In this document: positions 46,873 to 57,198 of the stretch, piece after piece
How positions within the stretch are numbered: position 1 is the stretch's first letter
Layout of the letters: every line of letters starts with the position of its first letter
NCBI GenBank assembly: GCA_963817525.1
Contig: CAWFOU010000007.1
Span: forward strand, 704,001 to 768,000
Source: an uncultured archaeon
Lineage (GTDB): Archaea > Thermoproteota > Nitrososphaeria > Nitrososphaerales > Gagatemarchaeaceae
Direction of reading: 5' to 3'
DNA length: 64,000 nucleotides
Notes under the pieces: generated by a model
What the model was told of the DNA's origin: nothing
Databases searched by the model: none
What the model saw: only the letters and a program-made list of their open reading frames with translations
Position numbers and translations under genes: made by a program

Positions 46873-47933
46873 GCACACACGCCAAGGTTGCTACCATCGG
46901 TCTCCTTCTCCTCCTGCTACTTTCTTCCTCGGCCTCGGCAGCGGTCATTCCGCCGAACCCGCCCAACAGGGGCGCGCCCGCGAACAACCAGAGCGGACCG
47001 CTGCCGACGGCGCAGCCGTTCACTGGCGGAGTCTTCCTCGTGAAGGACGGGAGCACCGACCAGAACGTGAGCGCGAACGAGCTCATCGTGGAGTACTACT
47101 GCATACCCCACCCTGCCTATATCTCAAAACAGTTCGAGACCGGGATAAGGGAGAGCATCAGCGGCCCCCTCTCGACCGCCCAGGCCTCCGGGGTCATAGA
47201 CGCCGAGAACTCCGTCAGGCCGCCCAGGCTGGTGAGCCTCGCCGTAACTGTGGGTGGATTGGATCTGGCGGGGAACATCACCTACGTGATGACCGGGATG
47301 ACCTACAACGTGACCACTTACTCGGTCTGGGTCACGGTCCAGCAGTCTCCTCCGGCCGAGCAGAGGGTGGGCTACATCGTCGTGAGCGTCCCGGAACGAC
47401 CGACGGTCAACGAGACCTCGATTGACCTTTCCGGATCCTCCTGCTCTAACTTTGCCATGTCGAAGTCCGGGCCCGCGTGGACGAGCCCCGCGTTATCGCT
47501 TAGCAACCCGCTCAAGCTATTCTCCACTCCTCCGCAAGGCGGGTTCGCGCCGTTCCTGAGCTACGGCACCGTGAAGGTCAGATCTAGCGCCGGCGTCGCC
47601 GGGGCGGCTAGCATCACGCCGCGCGAGAACGTGACGTTCGTCCTCCCGCCGGGCAAATACACCGCGGTGGCGGACGTGGCGCTCTTCGGCATCCCGTTCG
47701 CCGCGACCCTCGAGACGTATACGTCCCCTGCGGGCGCGACGACCGCGCAGTTCACGGTCTCGCTGAACAACATGTACGGCCTGTGGTATGGTTTCGAGCT
47801 CCTGGTCCTAATCATCGTCGTGGGCGTACTCTTGGTCCTCGACAACAAGCTGCATCTGTTGCGGGCCCTGGTCCACGCCTCCAAATACTCCGGCCGCGGC
47901 CTCCGCTCCGTGTGGCGCAGGTTCTGGGACTAG
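46869..47933 (+). CDS. secreted, C-terminally anchored surface protein, paralog 2 (apparent CTG start)
   Basis: Open frame from CTG 46869; colinear with paralog 1, near-identical C-terminal third. Confidence 0.7.
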   Translation: MSTHAKVATIGLLLLLLLSSSASAAVIPPNPPNRGAPANNQSGPLPTAQPFTGGVFLVKDGSTDQNVSANELIVEYYCIPHPAYISKQFETGIRESISGPLSTAQASGVIDAENSVRPPRLVSLAVTVGGLDLAGNITYVMTGMTYNVTTYSVWVTVQQSPPAEQRVGYIVVSVPERPTVNETSIDLSGSSCSNFAMSKSGPAWTSPALSLSNPLKLFSTPPQGGFAPFLSYGTVKVRSSAGVAGAASITPRENVTFVLPPGKYTAVADVALFGIPFAATLETYTSPAGATTAQFTVSLNNMYGLWYGFELLVLIIVVGVLLVLDNKLHLLRALVHASKYSGRGLRSVWRRFWD

Positions 47934-47986
47934 CGGAAACCCTTTAATCGGGTCTCGCGTCGGGCGGTCAGAACAAGGTCCCGAAG

Positions 47987-48484
47987 ATGGCTGAAAAGAA
48001 GATTGTCTCGGTTCTCGTGATGGGCGGAGAGGCCAGCGCAGGAGCGCCGCTTGGCCCCCAGCTCGGCCCGCTCGGCGTGAACGTCCTGGGAATCGTCAAC
48101 GAGATCAACAAGGTGACCAGCGACTTCAAGGGGATGAGGGTCCCCGTGAAGATAGAGGTCGACCCGGAGACCAAGGCGTTCGCCGTCTCGGTGGGGACCC
48201 CGACGACGTCAGCGCTCGTGGTCAAGGAGGCGGGCGTCCCGAAGGGCTCGGGGAAGCCCAACACCGACCTCGTGGGCAACGTCAGCTTCGACAAGGTGCT
48301 CAACATAGCCAAGATCAAGATGGGTGACTCCTACGCAAAGTCGATCAAGTCCGCGGTGAAGGAGGTCGTCGGCAGCTGCGTGAGCATGGGGATCAAGGTC
48401 GAGAACACCGACCCCCGCCAGTTCATGAAGGAGATTGAGAGCGGCAAGTGGGACTCTCCGATCTCCGCCTTCGAGTCCAAGTAG
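47987..48484 (+). CDS. rpl11: 50S ribosomal protein L11
   Basis: GG.ASAG.PLGP.LGPLGVN, VVGSCVSMG. Confidence 0.96.
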   Translation: MAEKKIVSVLVMGGEASAGAPLGPQLGPLGVNVLGIVNEINKVTSDFKGMRVPVKIEVDPETKAFAVSVGTPTTSALVVKEAGVPKGSGKPNTDLVGNVSFDKVLNIAKIKMGDSYAKSIKSAVKEVVGSCVSMGIKVENTDPRQFMKEIESGKWDSPISAFESK

Positions 48485-48575
48485 GCCGGGACGCCAGGCC
48501 CGAGTTAAGCCCTCCGAACCCGAAACTCTTTTAAGAACAATCTGGAGGCTCGTCTCGATTCCGGGGATAGCGGTT

Positions 48576-49229
48576 TTGCTTTCAAACGTCCAGATTGCTG
48601 AATTGGTCAAGAAGGGAAAGGACTCGAAGGAGAGGAAGTTCCCCGAGTCAGTGGAGGCCTTCCTGACCTTCAGGGACGTCGACCCGAAGAAGACCGACTT
48701 GAACATCAACGAGATGGTATACCTCCCGCACCCAGGGTCGCACCGTGCCTCGGTCTGCTTCGTGGGCTCCGGCGACCTGCTCCTGAGAGCCAAGAACGCC
48801 AAGGTGGACGGGGCAATCGAGCCCGCGCAGCTCGAGAGCTACGCCGGAAACAAGAAGGAGGCGAAGGGCCTCGCGAGGCAGTACGATTTCTTCCTGGCGG
48901 ACACCGCCCTCATGCCGAGGATCGGCAGGATTCTGGGCCAGTACCTGGGCCCGAGGGGGAAGATCCCCACGGCGGTCCCGCCCAATGCCCAGATCGAGGC
49001 CATGATCACCAGGACCAGGGGAGCCATCCGGGTCAGGAGCAGGGGCTCCCTCGGGGTGAGCGGGAGGGTCGGCGACAAGAAGCTCACCGACACCCAGATT
49101 GCCGATAACATCGTAGCAATGATCCAAGCCGTCCAGAAGAAGCTCCCCAACGGCGACAAGAACATCAGGACTGTGGCTGTGAAGACGAGCATGGGGAAGC
49201 TCACGAAGGCAAAGGTCGAAGAGAGTTGA
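48576..49229 (+). CDS. rpl1: 50S ribosomal protein L1
   Basis: RKF.ESVE, LG.YLGPRGK.P, VKTSMG; TTG start inferred. Confidence 0.95.
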   Translation: MLSNVQIAELVKKGKDSKERKFPESVEAFLTFRDVDPKKTDLNINEMVYLPHPGSHRASVCFVGSGDLLLRAKNAKVDGAIEPAQLESYAGNKKEAKGLARQYDFFLADTALMPRIGRILGQYLGPRGKIPTAVPPNAQIEAMITRTRGAIRVRSRGSLGVSGRVGDKKLTDTQIADNIVAMIQAVQKKLPNGDKNIRTVAVKTSMGKLTKAKVEES

Positions 49230-50104
49230 GCAAGCAGGTCCAGGTCCACAAGCGGGAGCCTAGCGCCGAAAAGGTCGCTATGGTGGAGCGGATCGCAAAG
49301 CTGGCGAAGCAATACCCAGTCCTGGCCGTCACCAGGCTCTCGAAGGTGAGGTCCGCCCAGCTCATGGCCGTGAGGAAGGTCCTGAGGGGCAACGCCGAGA
49401 TCATAGTCGTCAAGAACCAGCTCGCCGTGCTCGGGCTCAAGCGCGCCGGGCTCAAGAACGCGGACGAGCTCCTGAAGAACCTCTACGGGCAGAATGCGCT
49501 GATATTCTCCAAGCAGGACCCGTTCAAGCTCTTCCTGCTCCTCGAGAAGAACAGGGTCAACCTCGCCGCGAGGGCCGGGGATATCGCTCCCTCCAACATA
49601 GTCGTCCCCGCCGGGAACACGGGGCAGCAGGCAGGCCCGGTCCTGAGCGAGTTCAGGGAGGCGGGCATCAAGACCAAGATCGAGGCGGGCAGCGTCCAGG
49701 TCGTAGAGGACTCCATCGTCGCCAAGCCGGGCGCCGTGATATCCCCCAAGCTGGCGAGCCTCCTCTCGAGGCTCGGGATCAAGCCCATCCGCGCAGGGCT
49801 CGCGATAGCTCTCGCGTACGAGAACGGCCTGATCTACGGCGCGGAGGCTGTCGCGATAGACCTTGACAAGTACCGGGCCAGCCTGCTCGAGGGATTCGGC
49901 TCGGCCAAGGGCCTCTCGATCTACATAGGCTATGTCACCAAGGAGACGGCTCCCGAGATAATCGCAAAGGCCTACCGCGAGGCGCTGGCCTTGGCAGTGG
50001 AAGCGGGAGAGGTGACCCCGGAGAGCGCCCCGGTGATACTGGGCAAGGCGGAGGCAGAGGCCAACGCCGTGCTCACCAAGGCCAAAGAGAAAGGCTACCA
50101 GTAG
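49226..50104 (+). CDS. rpl10: 50S ribosomal protein L10/P0
   Basis: VKNQL, ARAGDIAP..IVVPAGNTG, L..LGIKP. Confidence 0.95.
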   Translation: MSKQVQVHKREPSAEKVAMVERIAKLAKQYPVLAVTRLSKVRSAQLMAVRKVLRGNAEIIVVKNQLAVLGLKRAGLKNADELLKNLYGQNALIFSKQDPFKLFLLLEKNRVNLAARAGDIAPSNIVVPAGNTGQQAGPVLSEFREAGIKTKIEAGSVQVVEDSIVAKPGAVISPKLASLLSRLGIKPIRAGLAIALAYENGLIYGAEAVAIDLDKYRASLLEGFGSAKGLSIYIGYVTKETAPEIIAKAYREALALAVEAGEVTPESAPVILGKAEAEANAVLTKAKEKGYQ

Positions 50105-50237
50105 AGCATAGCAGAGTGCCTGAAGGCCATATCCCTGCGACATAGGGGCGGTTCTGGCCCGCTATGGCTGGTCCCAGACCTGACGGTGGGGCTCTAGAAA
50201 ATTCCGTAGGGGTGGGTTGAGGTCCTTGGCGGAGAGT

Positions 50238-50540
50238 CTAGCCGAAGAGCGACGCCAGTCCGGCGAGCGCCTCTTCTTCCCTCTTCTCCTCGACCTTGGG
50301 CTTCTCTTCCGCCTTTGCCGCAGGAGCCGCAGCCGCTGGGGCTGCCGCCACGGCCATCGTCGCCGCGCTCTTGAGCGCCTCGTCGATGTTGATTTCGCTC
50401 AGCGCGGAGGCGAGCGCCTTTACCTTGACGGTGTCTACGTCGACTCCGGCCGCCTTTACAACGCTCGTGAGGCCCGCCTCGTCGACCTTCTTCCCCGCCT
50501 TGTGAAGCACTAATGCAGCATACATGTACGAATCCGTCAT
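50238..50540 (-). CDS. rpl12: 50S ribosomal stalk protein L12 (P1/P2)
   Basis: YMYAAL.LH, Ala-rich hinge, EEEALAGLASLFG. Confidence 0.95.
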   Translation of the reverse strand: MTDSYMYAALVLHKAGKKVDEAGLTSVVKAAGVDVDTVKVKALASALSEINIDEALKSAATMAVAAAPAAAAPAAKAEEKPKVEEKREEEALAGLASLFG

Positions 50541-50690
50541 TTCGAAATTCGAACTCGCCATCCACCTACCGCTTTTATAGTTTTTGCTGGGAAAGGAGCC
50601 CCGGTGCCCTCCCCGCCTCGAGCCCACTCGAGACGTGCGCGAACCCCGAATCTGTTTATTACCTTCTCGGCAAGGCTGCGAGAGTCGCAG

Positions 50691-53435
50691 ATGAAGAGCC
50701 CGAAGGAGGTACTCCAGGAGAGGTTCTCCAGCGAGTACGAGAAGTACTACGAAGTCGACCTCTTCAAGCGCAAGGGCTTTGTCAGGAAGCAGTGCCCGAA
50801 CTGCGGGAAGCACTTTTGGACCCTGAGGCCCGAGAGGAAGCTCTGCGACGACTCGACCTGCTCGCCCTACACCTTCATCGGCGACCCGCCCACCAAGAAG
50901 AGGCTGGACTACATCCAGGCGTGGGACGTCGTCGAGAAGTTCTTCGTAAAGAACGGGCACGCCAGCGTCCCCAGATACCCCGTGGTCGCCCGGTGGCGGC
51001 CAGACCTCTTCTTCACCGTGGCCTCCATCGTGGACTTTCAGAGGATAGAGAACGGCAAGGTCGTCTTCGAGCTCCCAACCAACCCACTTGTCGTCCCGCA
51101 GATGTGCCTGAGGTTCAACGACATCCCGAGCGTCGGCGTAAGCGGCAAGCACGGGACCTCGTTCACCATGATAGGGCAGACGGCCATCGCGAACAAGCAG
51201 GGCTACTGGAAGGACAGGTGCATCGACCTCGACTTTGAGCTCCTCACGAAGGAGTTCGGCGTCCCCGAACAAGAGGTGTCGTTCGTGGAGAGCGTCTGGG
51301 TCGGCGCGGGGGCCTTCGGCTACTCCCTCGAGTACTTCGTTAGGGGCTTGGAGGCTGGGAACGCGGTCTTCACCGCCTACGAGGGGGACCCGTCGAACTA
51401 CACCGAGCTAGCCGAGAAGGTGGTCGACATGGGGGCGGGCCTGGAGAGGCTGTCGTGGATCACCACGGGCACCCCCACATACTATGACACGAGCTTCGCG
51501 CCGGTCCTCGCCCGCATGAGGGAGGGGTCGAAGATAACCTACGACCAGCGCCTCTTCGAGAAGTACTCGCGCCTCGCGGGGGCGATGAACCTCGACGAGT
51601 ACCCGACGCTGACAGAAGCGAGAAAGGTCATCGCCAAGAGCCTCGGCGTCGAGCCCGAGGCTCTCGCAAAGGCACTGGAGCCGATAGAGGCTATGTACGC
51701 CGTCGCAGACCACGCGCGCACCCTCCTGTTCGCGATCACGGACGGGCTGCCGCCCTCCAACGTGGGGGGAGGCTACAACCTGCGCGTCCTCTTCAGGAGG
51801 GCGCAGTCATTCATCGACTATCACGGTTTCAAGTTCCTGTTCTCGGACGTGGTGAACTGGCACATCGACCAGCTTGGGAAGATGTACCCCGAGCTCGAGG
51901 AGCACCGCGACGACGTGGCCAAGGTCCTCGCGGTCGAGTCGTCTCGCTACACCGCCACGGTCCAGCGGGTCTCGAGGACGGTCGCCTCGCTCGCCGCTTC
52001 CAAGAAGAACATCGGGGTCGACGACCTGGTCAAGCTCTACGACTCCGATGGCATCACCCCCGAGCAGCTGGTCGAGGGAGGCGCGAAGGTGGCCGTCCCG
52101 GAGGACTTTTACCAGCGGGTCGTCGCCAAGCACGTCTCCCAGAAGCTCGAGCAGAAGCGCCCCGAGTTCGACACCTCGGGCCTCCCGGAGACCAGGGCGC
52201 TCTACTACGAGGACGGAGAGAAGTTCGAGTTCGACGCCAAGGTCCTCAAGGCCTTCCGGGGGGGCTACGTCGTCCTTGACGAGACCGCCTTCTACCCGAG
52301 GGGAGGGGGCCAGGAGCCCGACCACGGGACAATCGAGGGCAGGCCCGTCACGGACATCGAGAAGTACGCCGGCGTGATAGTCCACAAGGTCGAGGGGCTG
52401 ACGCCCCGCGAGGGCCAGAAGGTCGTCGGGAAGGTGGACGCCAGAAGGCGGCAGAAGATACGCCGCATCCACACAGCCACGCACATCCTCAACGGGGCTT
52501 CGAGGCAGGTCCTCGGCCCCTGGATCTGGCAGCACTCTGTGTTCAAGGAGGAGGACTATGGCCGGCTAGACATCACCCACTTCGCCAAGCTCACGGACGA
52601 GGAGGTCAGGAAGATCGAGGACGTCGCGAACGACGTCGTCATGAAGAACTACCCGATCAAGATCACTTGGCTCCCCAGGAAGGAGGCCGAGGCCAAGTAC
52701 GGGTTCAGGCTCTTCCAGGGAGGGGTGGTCCCGTCCAGGACCCTTCGCATAGTCAACATCAACGACTGGGACGTGGAGGCGTGCGGGGGCACCCACACGG
52801 ACACGACCGGGCAGGTCGGGTTCATCAAGGTCATGAGGACGGAGAGGATACAGGACGGCGTCGAGAGGCTGATCTTCGTCGCGGGATACCCAGCAGTCGA
52901 CTACGTCCAGAAGATGGACTCGACGGTCGAGGAGGCGTCGGCCGTCCTCGGCACCCAGAGGGAGAACGTCATCAAGGTCATCTCCGCGATGAAGCAGAGG
53001 CTCGAGGAGTCCGAGAAGAGGGAGAAGGCGCTGGGCGACAAGCTCGTGGAGGCCTCCATCCCTACGCTCGTCTCCTCCGCTACCCCGATGCAGGGGCCAA
53101 AGGGCAAGGCGATGCTTTATGTGTCGGCGGACGGAGAGATGGGCGACGAACTTATTGTTAGCCGCGGCGAGAAGCTAGTAAAGGCAGAGCCGTCCCTAGT
53201 TAACGTCAACATCTCGCCCCGCGGAAGCTCCACGCGTGTCATCTGCTTTGTCGGGCCACAAGCAAGGGAGGCTGGCGTGGCCGCGGACTCCATCGTCAGG
53301 GAGCTATCGAAGGCCCTAGGGGGCTCCGGCGGCGGGTCCAAGGACTTCGCCCAGGGCGGGGGACCCAAGGCCATCGACGGGTCGGTCGCCAAGGAGATGG
53401 TGGCCAAGTCGGTCGCCGGCATGCTCGGGAATTAG
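50691..53435 (+). CDS. alaS: alanine--tRNA ligase (archaeal type)
   Basis: RYPVVARWR.D, VDMGAGLER, HTATH, EACGGTH, GGGS..FAQGGG. Confidence 0.96.
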   Translation: MKSPKEVLQERFSSEYEKYYEVDLFKRKGFVRKQCPNCGKHFWTLRPERKLCDDSTCSPYTFIGDPPTKKRLDYIQAWDVVEKFFVKNGHASVPRYPVVARWRPDLFFTVASIVDFQRIENGKVVFELPTNPLVVPQMCLRFNDIPSVGVSGKHGTSFTMIGQTAIANKQGYWKDRCIDLDFELLTKEFGVPEQEVSFVESVWVGAGAFGYSLEYFVRGLEAGNAVFTAYEGDPSNYTELAEKVVDMGAGLERLSWITTGTPTYYDTSFAPVLARMREGSKITYDQRLFEKYSRLAGAMNLDEYPTLTEARKVIAKSLGVEPEALAKALEPIEAMYAVADHARTLLFAITDGLPPSNVGGGYNLRVLFRRAQSFIDYHGFKFLFSDVVNWHIDQLGKMYPELEEHRDDVAKVLAVESSRYTATVQRVSRTVASLAASKKNIGVDDLVKLYDSDGITPEQLVEGGAKVAVPEDFYQRVVAKHVSQKLEQKRPEFDTSGLPETRALYYEDGEKFEFDAKVLKAFRGGYVVLDETAFYPRGGGQEPDHGTIEGRPVTDIEKYAGVIVHKVEGLTPREGQKVVGKVDARRRQKIRRIHTATHILNGASRQVLGPWIWQHSVFKEEDYGRLDITHFAKLTDEEVRKIEDVANDVVMKNYPIKITWLPRKEAEAKYGFRLFQGGVVPSRTLRIVNINDWDVEACGGTHTDTTGQVGFIKVMRTERIQDGVERLIFVAGYPAVDYVQKMDSTVEEASAVLGTQRENVIKVISAMKQRLEESEKREKALGDKLVEASIPTLVSSATPMQGPKGKAMLYVSADGEMGDELIVSRGEKLVKAEPSLVNVNISPRGSSTRVICFVGPQAREAGVAADSIVRELSKALGGSGGGSKDFAQGGGPKAIDGSVAKEMVAKSVAGMLGN

Positions 53436-53444
53436 GGATAGGCC

Positions 53445-56303
53445 TTGGCGCAATACGAGAAGCACTGGCTCAAGGTATGGAATGATAGGCGCATCTTCGA
53501 GTCCGAGTCCGTCCCGGGTCGGAAGAAGTCGTTCGTCACCTTCCCCTTCCCGTACATGAACGGGCCTCTCCACATTGGGCACTGCTTCACCGCGAGCCGC
53601 GTCGACATCTTCGCGCGCTTCAAGAGGATGCAGGGCTACAACGTCCTGTTCCCCTGGGCCTGGCACTGGACGGGGGAGAGCATCCCCGGGATGAGCTACC
53701 GCCTCTCGCTGGGAGACGAGGGGGTGCGCAAGGCCTTCCTCGAGATCGACGGCGTCCCCGAGAAGGAGGTGGAGCGCTTCGTCGACCCTGAGTACCTGGC
53801 CTCCTACTACACCCGGGTTAGCCGCGAGGCCGTCAAGGACACGGGCTTCGCCATCGACTGGCGGAGAGAGTTCAGGACGGTCGACCCGGCGTTCAAGAAG
53901 TTCATCGACTGGCAGTACCAGAGGCTCCGCGAGCTGGGCTACGTCGTGCAGGGGACCCACCCCGTCGTCTGGTGCAGCCACGACGAGAGCCCCACCGGGG
54001 ACCACGACAGGATGGAGGGGGAGGGCGTCTCCCCGGAGGAGTTCAACCTGCTCAGGTTCGAGGTCGACGAGGACAAGGCGAAGGGCTCGCCCGTGCTCTC
54101 GAAGAAGTTCCTGGTCGCCGGCACCCTCCGCCCCGAGACCATCTTCGGGGCGACCAACGTCTGGGTCCACCCCCACGGCAAGTACGCCGAGGCCGACGTC
54201 GAAGGCGAGACGTGGATAATCAGCCTCTCCGCGGTCCACAGGCTCTCGGAGCAGCAGCACAAGGTCAAGGTCCTCGACGAGTTCGAGGGCTCGGAGCTCC
54301 TCGGCCTGACGGTCAAGGCCCCGCTGACCGGCAAGCGTCTGCCCGTCCTCCCCGCGACCTTCGTGGACACCGAGCTCGTGACTGGCGTGGTCTATAGCGT
54401 GCCCGCCCACGCTCCCTACGACTACATGGGCCTGGTCGACGTCCAGGAGGGGCGGGTCAAGGCTCCTCCGTCTGTGGTGAAGCTCGCCAGGGAGCTCAAG
54501 CCGATCCCGCTCATCACCGTCCCGGGCTACTCCTCCATTCCCGCGGAGGACGAGGTCAAGAAGCGGGGGATCAAGGACTCCAGCGACCCCAAGCTCGAGG
54601 ACGCGACCGCCGAGGTCTACAAGGCCGAGTTCCACAAGGGCGTGATGAAGGAGAACACGGGGAGCTTCAAGGGCCTGAAGGTCAGCGAGGCCAAGGAGAA
54701 GGTCGTCGAGGAGATGAAGGGCAAGGGCATCCTCACCACCATGCAGGAGCTCCCGCAGAGGGTGGTGTGCAAATGCGGGACGAGGTGCTACGTCAAGATA
54801 CTCGAGAACCAGTGGTTCCTGAACTACTCGGACCCCGCCTGGAAGGAGAAGACCAAGACCCTCATCAGGGCCGCCAACGTCTACCCCGAGCAGTCGCTCG
54901 AGTGGTACTTCTCGACGATCGATTGGCTGCGCAACTGGCCGTGCGCGCGCAAGTCAGGGATGGGCACCAAGCTCCCGTGGGACCGGGAGTGGATAGTCGA
55001 GACCCTTTCCGATTCCACCATCTACATGGCGTTCTACACGATCTGCCAGTTCGTCAACAACGAGACCGTCAAGTTCGGGCAGCTGCTCCCTGAGGTCTTC
55101 GACTATCTCCTCCTCGGGAAGGGCTCCGACGCCCACGTATCCAAGCTCTCCGGCATCGACCTCAAGACCTTGAAGGCGATGAAGAACGAATTCTCCTACT
55201 GGTATCCGGTCGACCTGAGGAACTCCGCCAAGGAGCTCATCCCCAACCACCTTACCTTCTTCGCGTTCCACCACGCCGCCCTGTTCGAGCAGAAGCACTG
55301 GCCCAGAGGCTTCAGCGTCAACGGGATGATCCAGATAGAGGGCCAGAAGATGAGCAAGTCGAGGAACATCTTCATCACCTGGCGGCACGCGCTCGACCAG
55401 TACGGGGCTGACGGGCTGCGCGCCACACTCGCGCTCGCCGCGGACGGGATGGACGACGCCGACTGGAAGTCAAAGAACGCCGAGGACATCAGCGCGAAGA
55501 TAGACTCGCTCTTCCCCTTCATCGAGAAGTCGCTGGCCGCCTCGACCGAGAGGGACGCAGACCTCTCCGACCGCTGGCTGCTCTCCATGGTCCACGGGCG
55601 CATAGACCTGACGACCAAGTCCCTCGAGGAGATGAAGATCCGGAAGGCCATCTCCGTGGCGCTCCTCGACGTCTGGAACGACCTCCGGTGGTATCTCAGG
55701 AGGACGGAGAAGCCCAGGTACGAGACGCTCAAGACGGTCTTCGAGACCTGGATACGCATGGTCGCTCCGTTCATCCCCTTCGCCGCGGAGGAGCTCAACA
55801 GCAGGATGGGGAACAAGGGGCTCATCGCCACGGCAGACTGGCCCTCGGTGGTGGACTACCCGCGGGACGAGGAGGCGGAGGTCTCCGAGCTCCTCGTCGC
55901 AAAGGTCATCGAGGACGCGAGGAACCTGCTGAAGATAATCAAGGAGAGGAAGACCCGACTGACCGTCTACGTGGCGTCCGACACCGCCTCCGAGTTCTTC
56001 CTTGCGCTGGCGACCACGGAGAAGGGCGAACGCGGGGAGGTCATCAAGAAGTACGCCCCGTCCGGGATAAAGCCGGACAGGGTAATCAAGCTCCAGTACG
56101 AGCTGGGGCAGGAGCTGGTCGTGAGGCTCGCCTCACTCGGGAAGTTCGACGAGTTCGAGGTCCTGAGGAACGCCGCGCGCTTCCTCTCCAGCGAGGCCGG
56201 GATAGAGGTGAGGGTCTTCAAGGCGGGAGGGACGAAGGTCGAGGACCCCGCCAACAAGGCCAAGGACGCCCTCCCGTTCAAGCCCTCGTTCTATCTAGAA
56301 TAG
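53445..56303 (+). CDS. leuS: leucine--tRNA ligase
   Basis: FPYMNGPLHIGH, GTLRPET, SVPAHAPYD, KMSKS. Confidence 0.96.
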   Translation: MAQYEKHWLKVWNDRRIFESESVPGRKKSFVTFPFPYMNGPLHIGHCFTASRVDIFARFKRMQGYNVLFPWAWHWTGESIPGMSYRLSLGDEGVRKAFLEIDGVPEKEVERFVDPEYLASYYTRVSREAVKDTGFAIDWRREFRTVDPAFKKFIDWQYQRLRELGYVVQGTHPVVWCSHDESPTGDHDRMEGEGVSPEEFNLLRFEVDEDKAKGSPVLSKKFLVAGTLRPETIFGATNVWVHPHGKYAEADVEGETWIISLSAVHRLSEQQHKVKVLDEFEGSELLGLTVKAPLTGKRLPVLPATFVDTELVTGVVYSVPAHAPYDYMGLVDVQEGRVKAPPSVVKLARELKPIPLITVPGYSSIPAEDEVKKRGIKDSSDPKLEDATAEVYKAEFHKGVMKENTGSFKGLKVSEAKEKVVEEMKGKGILTTMQELPQRVVCKCGTRCYVKILENQWFLNYSDPAWKEKTKTLIRAANVYPEQSLEWYFSTIDWLRNWPCARKSGMGTKLPWDREWIVETLSDSTIYMAFYTICQFVNNETVKFGQLLPEVFDYLLLGKGSDAHVSKLSGIDLKTLKAMKNEFSYWYPVDLRNSAKELIPNHLTFFAFHHAALFEQKHWPRGFSVNGMIQIEGQKMSKSRNIFITWRHALDQYGADGLRATLALAADGMDDADWKSKNAEDISAKIDSLFPFIEKSLAASTERDADLSDRWLLSMVHGRIDLTTKSLEEMKIRKAISVALLDVWNDLRWYLRRTEKPRYETLKTVFETWIRMVAPFIPFAAEELNSRMGNKGLIATADWPSVVDYPRDEEAEVSELLVAKVIEDARNLLKIIKERKTRLTVYVASDTASEFFLALATTEKGERGEVIKKYAPSGIKPDRVIKLQYELGQELVVRLASLGKFDEFEVLRNAARFLSSEAGIEVRVFKAGGTKVEDPANKAKDALPFKPSFYLE

Positions 56304-56368
56304 AGTTCCGGGCAGCAGATTCTGACCCGCAGTTTCTATTTTCAGGTCCTCGGTTAGTTGGTGCTTTT

Positions 56369-57172
56369 GTGCTACGCCTGACTACTAGTGTGTTGAAGAA
56401 GTGCCGATTCTGTGGTGTTCCACTAAACCTTGCATCAAACTGGTGGCTTAGCAGCTATCGACGTCATGACTATGGATGTATTCAATGTCTCTCGGCGAAA
56501 AATCAGCGGTACAGGTTGAATCACGCCAATTCAATGAGAAAGTATAACGAGGCATACTATCTTTCGCACAAGTCAACAATACTGCCAAGAAGGCGATCGA
56601 ATCATCTTAAGAATCGAGAGGCCGAGTTACGTCAATAAGCAAAGTACCGCAGAGAACTCAAAATCAAATCCATCGAAAAATTTGGAGGTCAATGCGTTCA
56701 TTGCGGGCAACGGGAACTCGCGTTCCTCACTTTCGGTCATCTCAAAGACGGAGATGGAGCCAAGCACCGACGAGAGGGAACCGGGCAGCACGACGGAGCT
56801 CATTTCTATTTGCGTCTGCTTCGCGGTGAACTAACCGAATTTCCATTGCAGTCGGAATGTTTCAACTGCAACAACGGTAAACGGAACGTAGGATTGCTGC
56901 GCATGAAGGCCATAGCTGCCTACGGAGGTAAGTGTTTGTGTTGTGGTGAATCAAGAGCAAGTCGTCTAACACTTGGCCATCCCAACAACGATGGGGGAGT
57001 TCATCGCAAACTAGTTCAGGCAGAGAAGACCTTCTATAGACACATCAAAGCAGCTGGCTTCCCCGCCAGGCCAGATGGATTCAATATAGAAATTCAGTGT
57101 TGGAACTGCAATCTGGGCGCCGAAATGAACTCAGGAATCTGCCCGCATAAAACATGCACGGGGGAAAAATGA
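56369..57172 (+). pseudogene. phage-type HNH-like endonuclease with two tandem domains and an in-frame TAA at 56636-56638
   Basis: CRFC/CIQC N-terminus; twice GG.C..CG...LT.GH...G..HR...FY...Q..C.NCN; AT-rich. Confidence 0.7.
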
Positions 57173-57198
57173 GAGAGGACGGGGAGTAATTGATTGAA

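Noticed and set aside
46420-47933. Near-identical 3' ends of the paralogs as a DGR template/variable repeat pair
   Set aside because: Differences are not adenine-specific, both copies are coding, and no RT is present
50238-50540. rpl12 inverted relative to rpl10, and no LX gene between eif6 and pfdA
   Set aside because: Probably lineage-typical for Nitrososphaerota (from memory, unverified) rather than novel
48839-54635. Long antisense ORFs (48839-50143, 53316-54635 and similar)
   Set aside because: Mirror frames of strongly GC3-biased genes; no motifs
55688-56368. Long N-terminal extension of the HNH-like ORF
   Set aside because: Alternative frame over leuS, typical of GC-rich DNA
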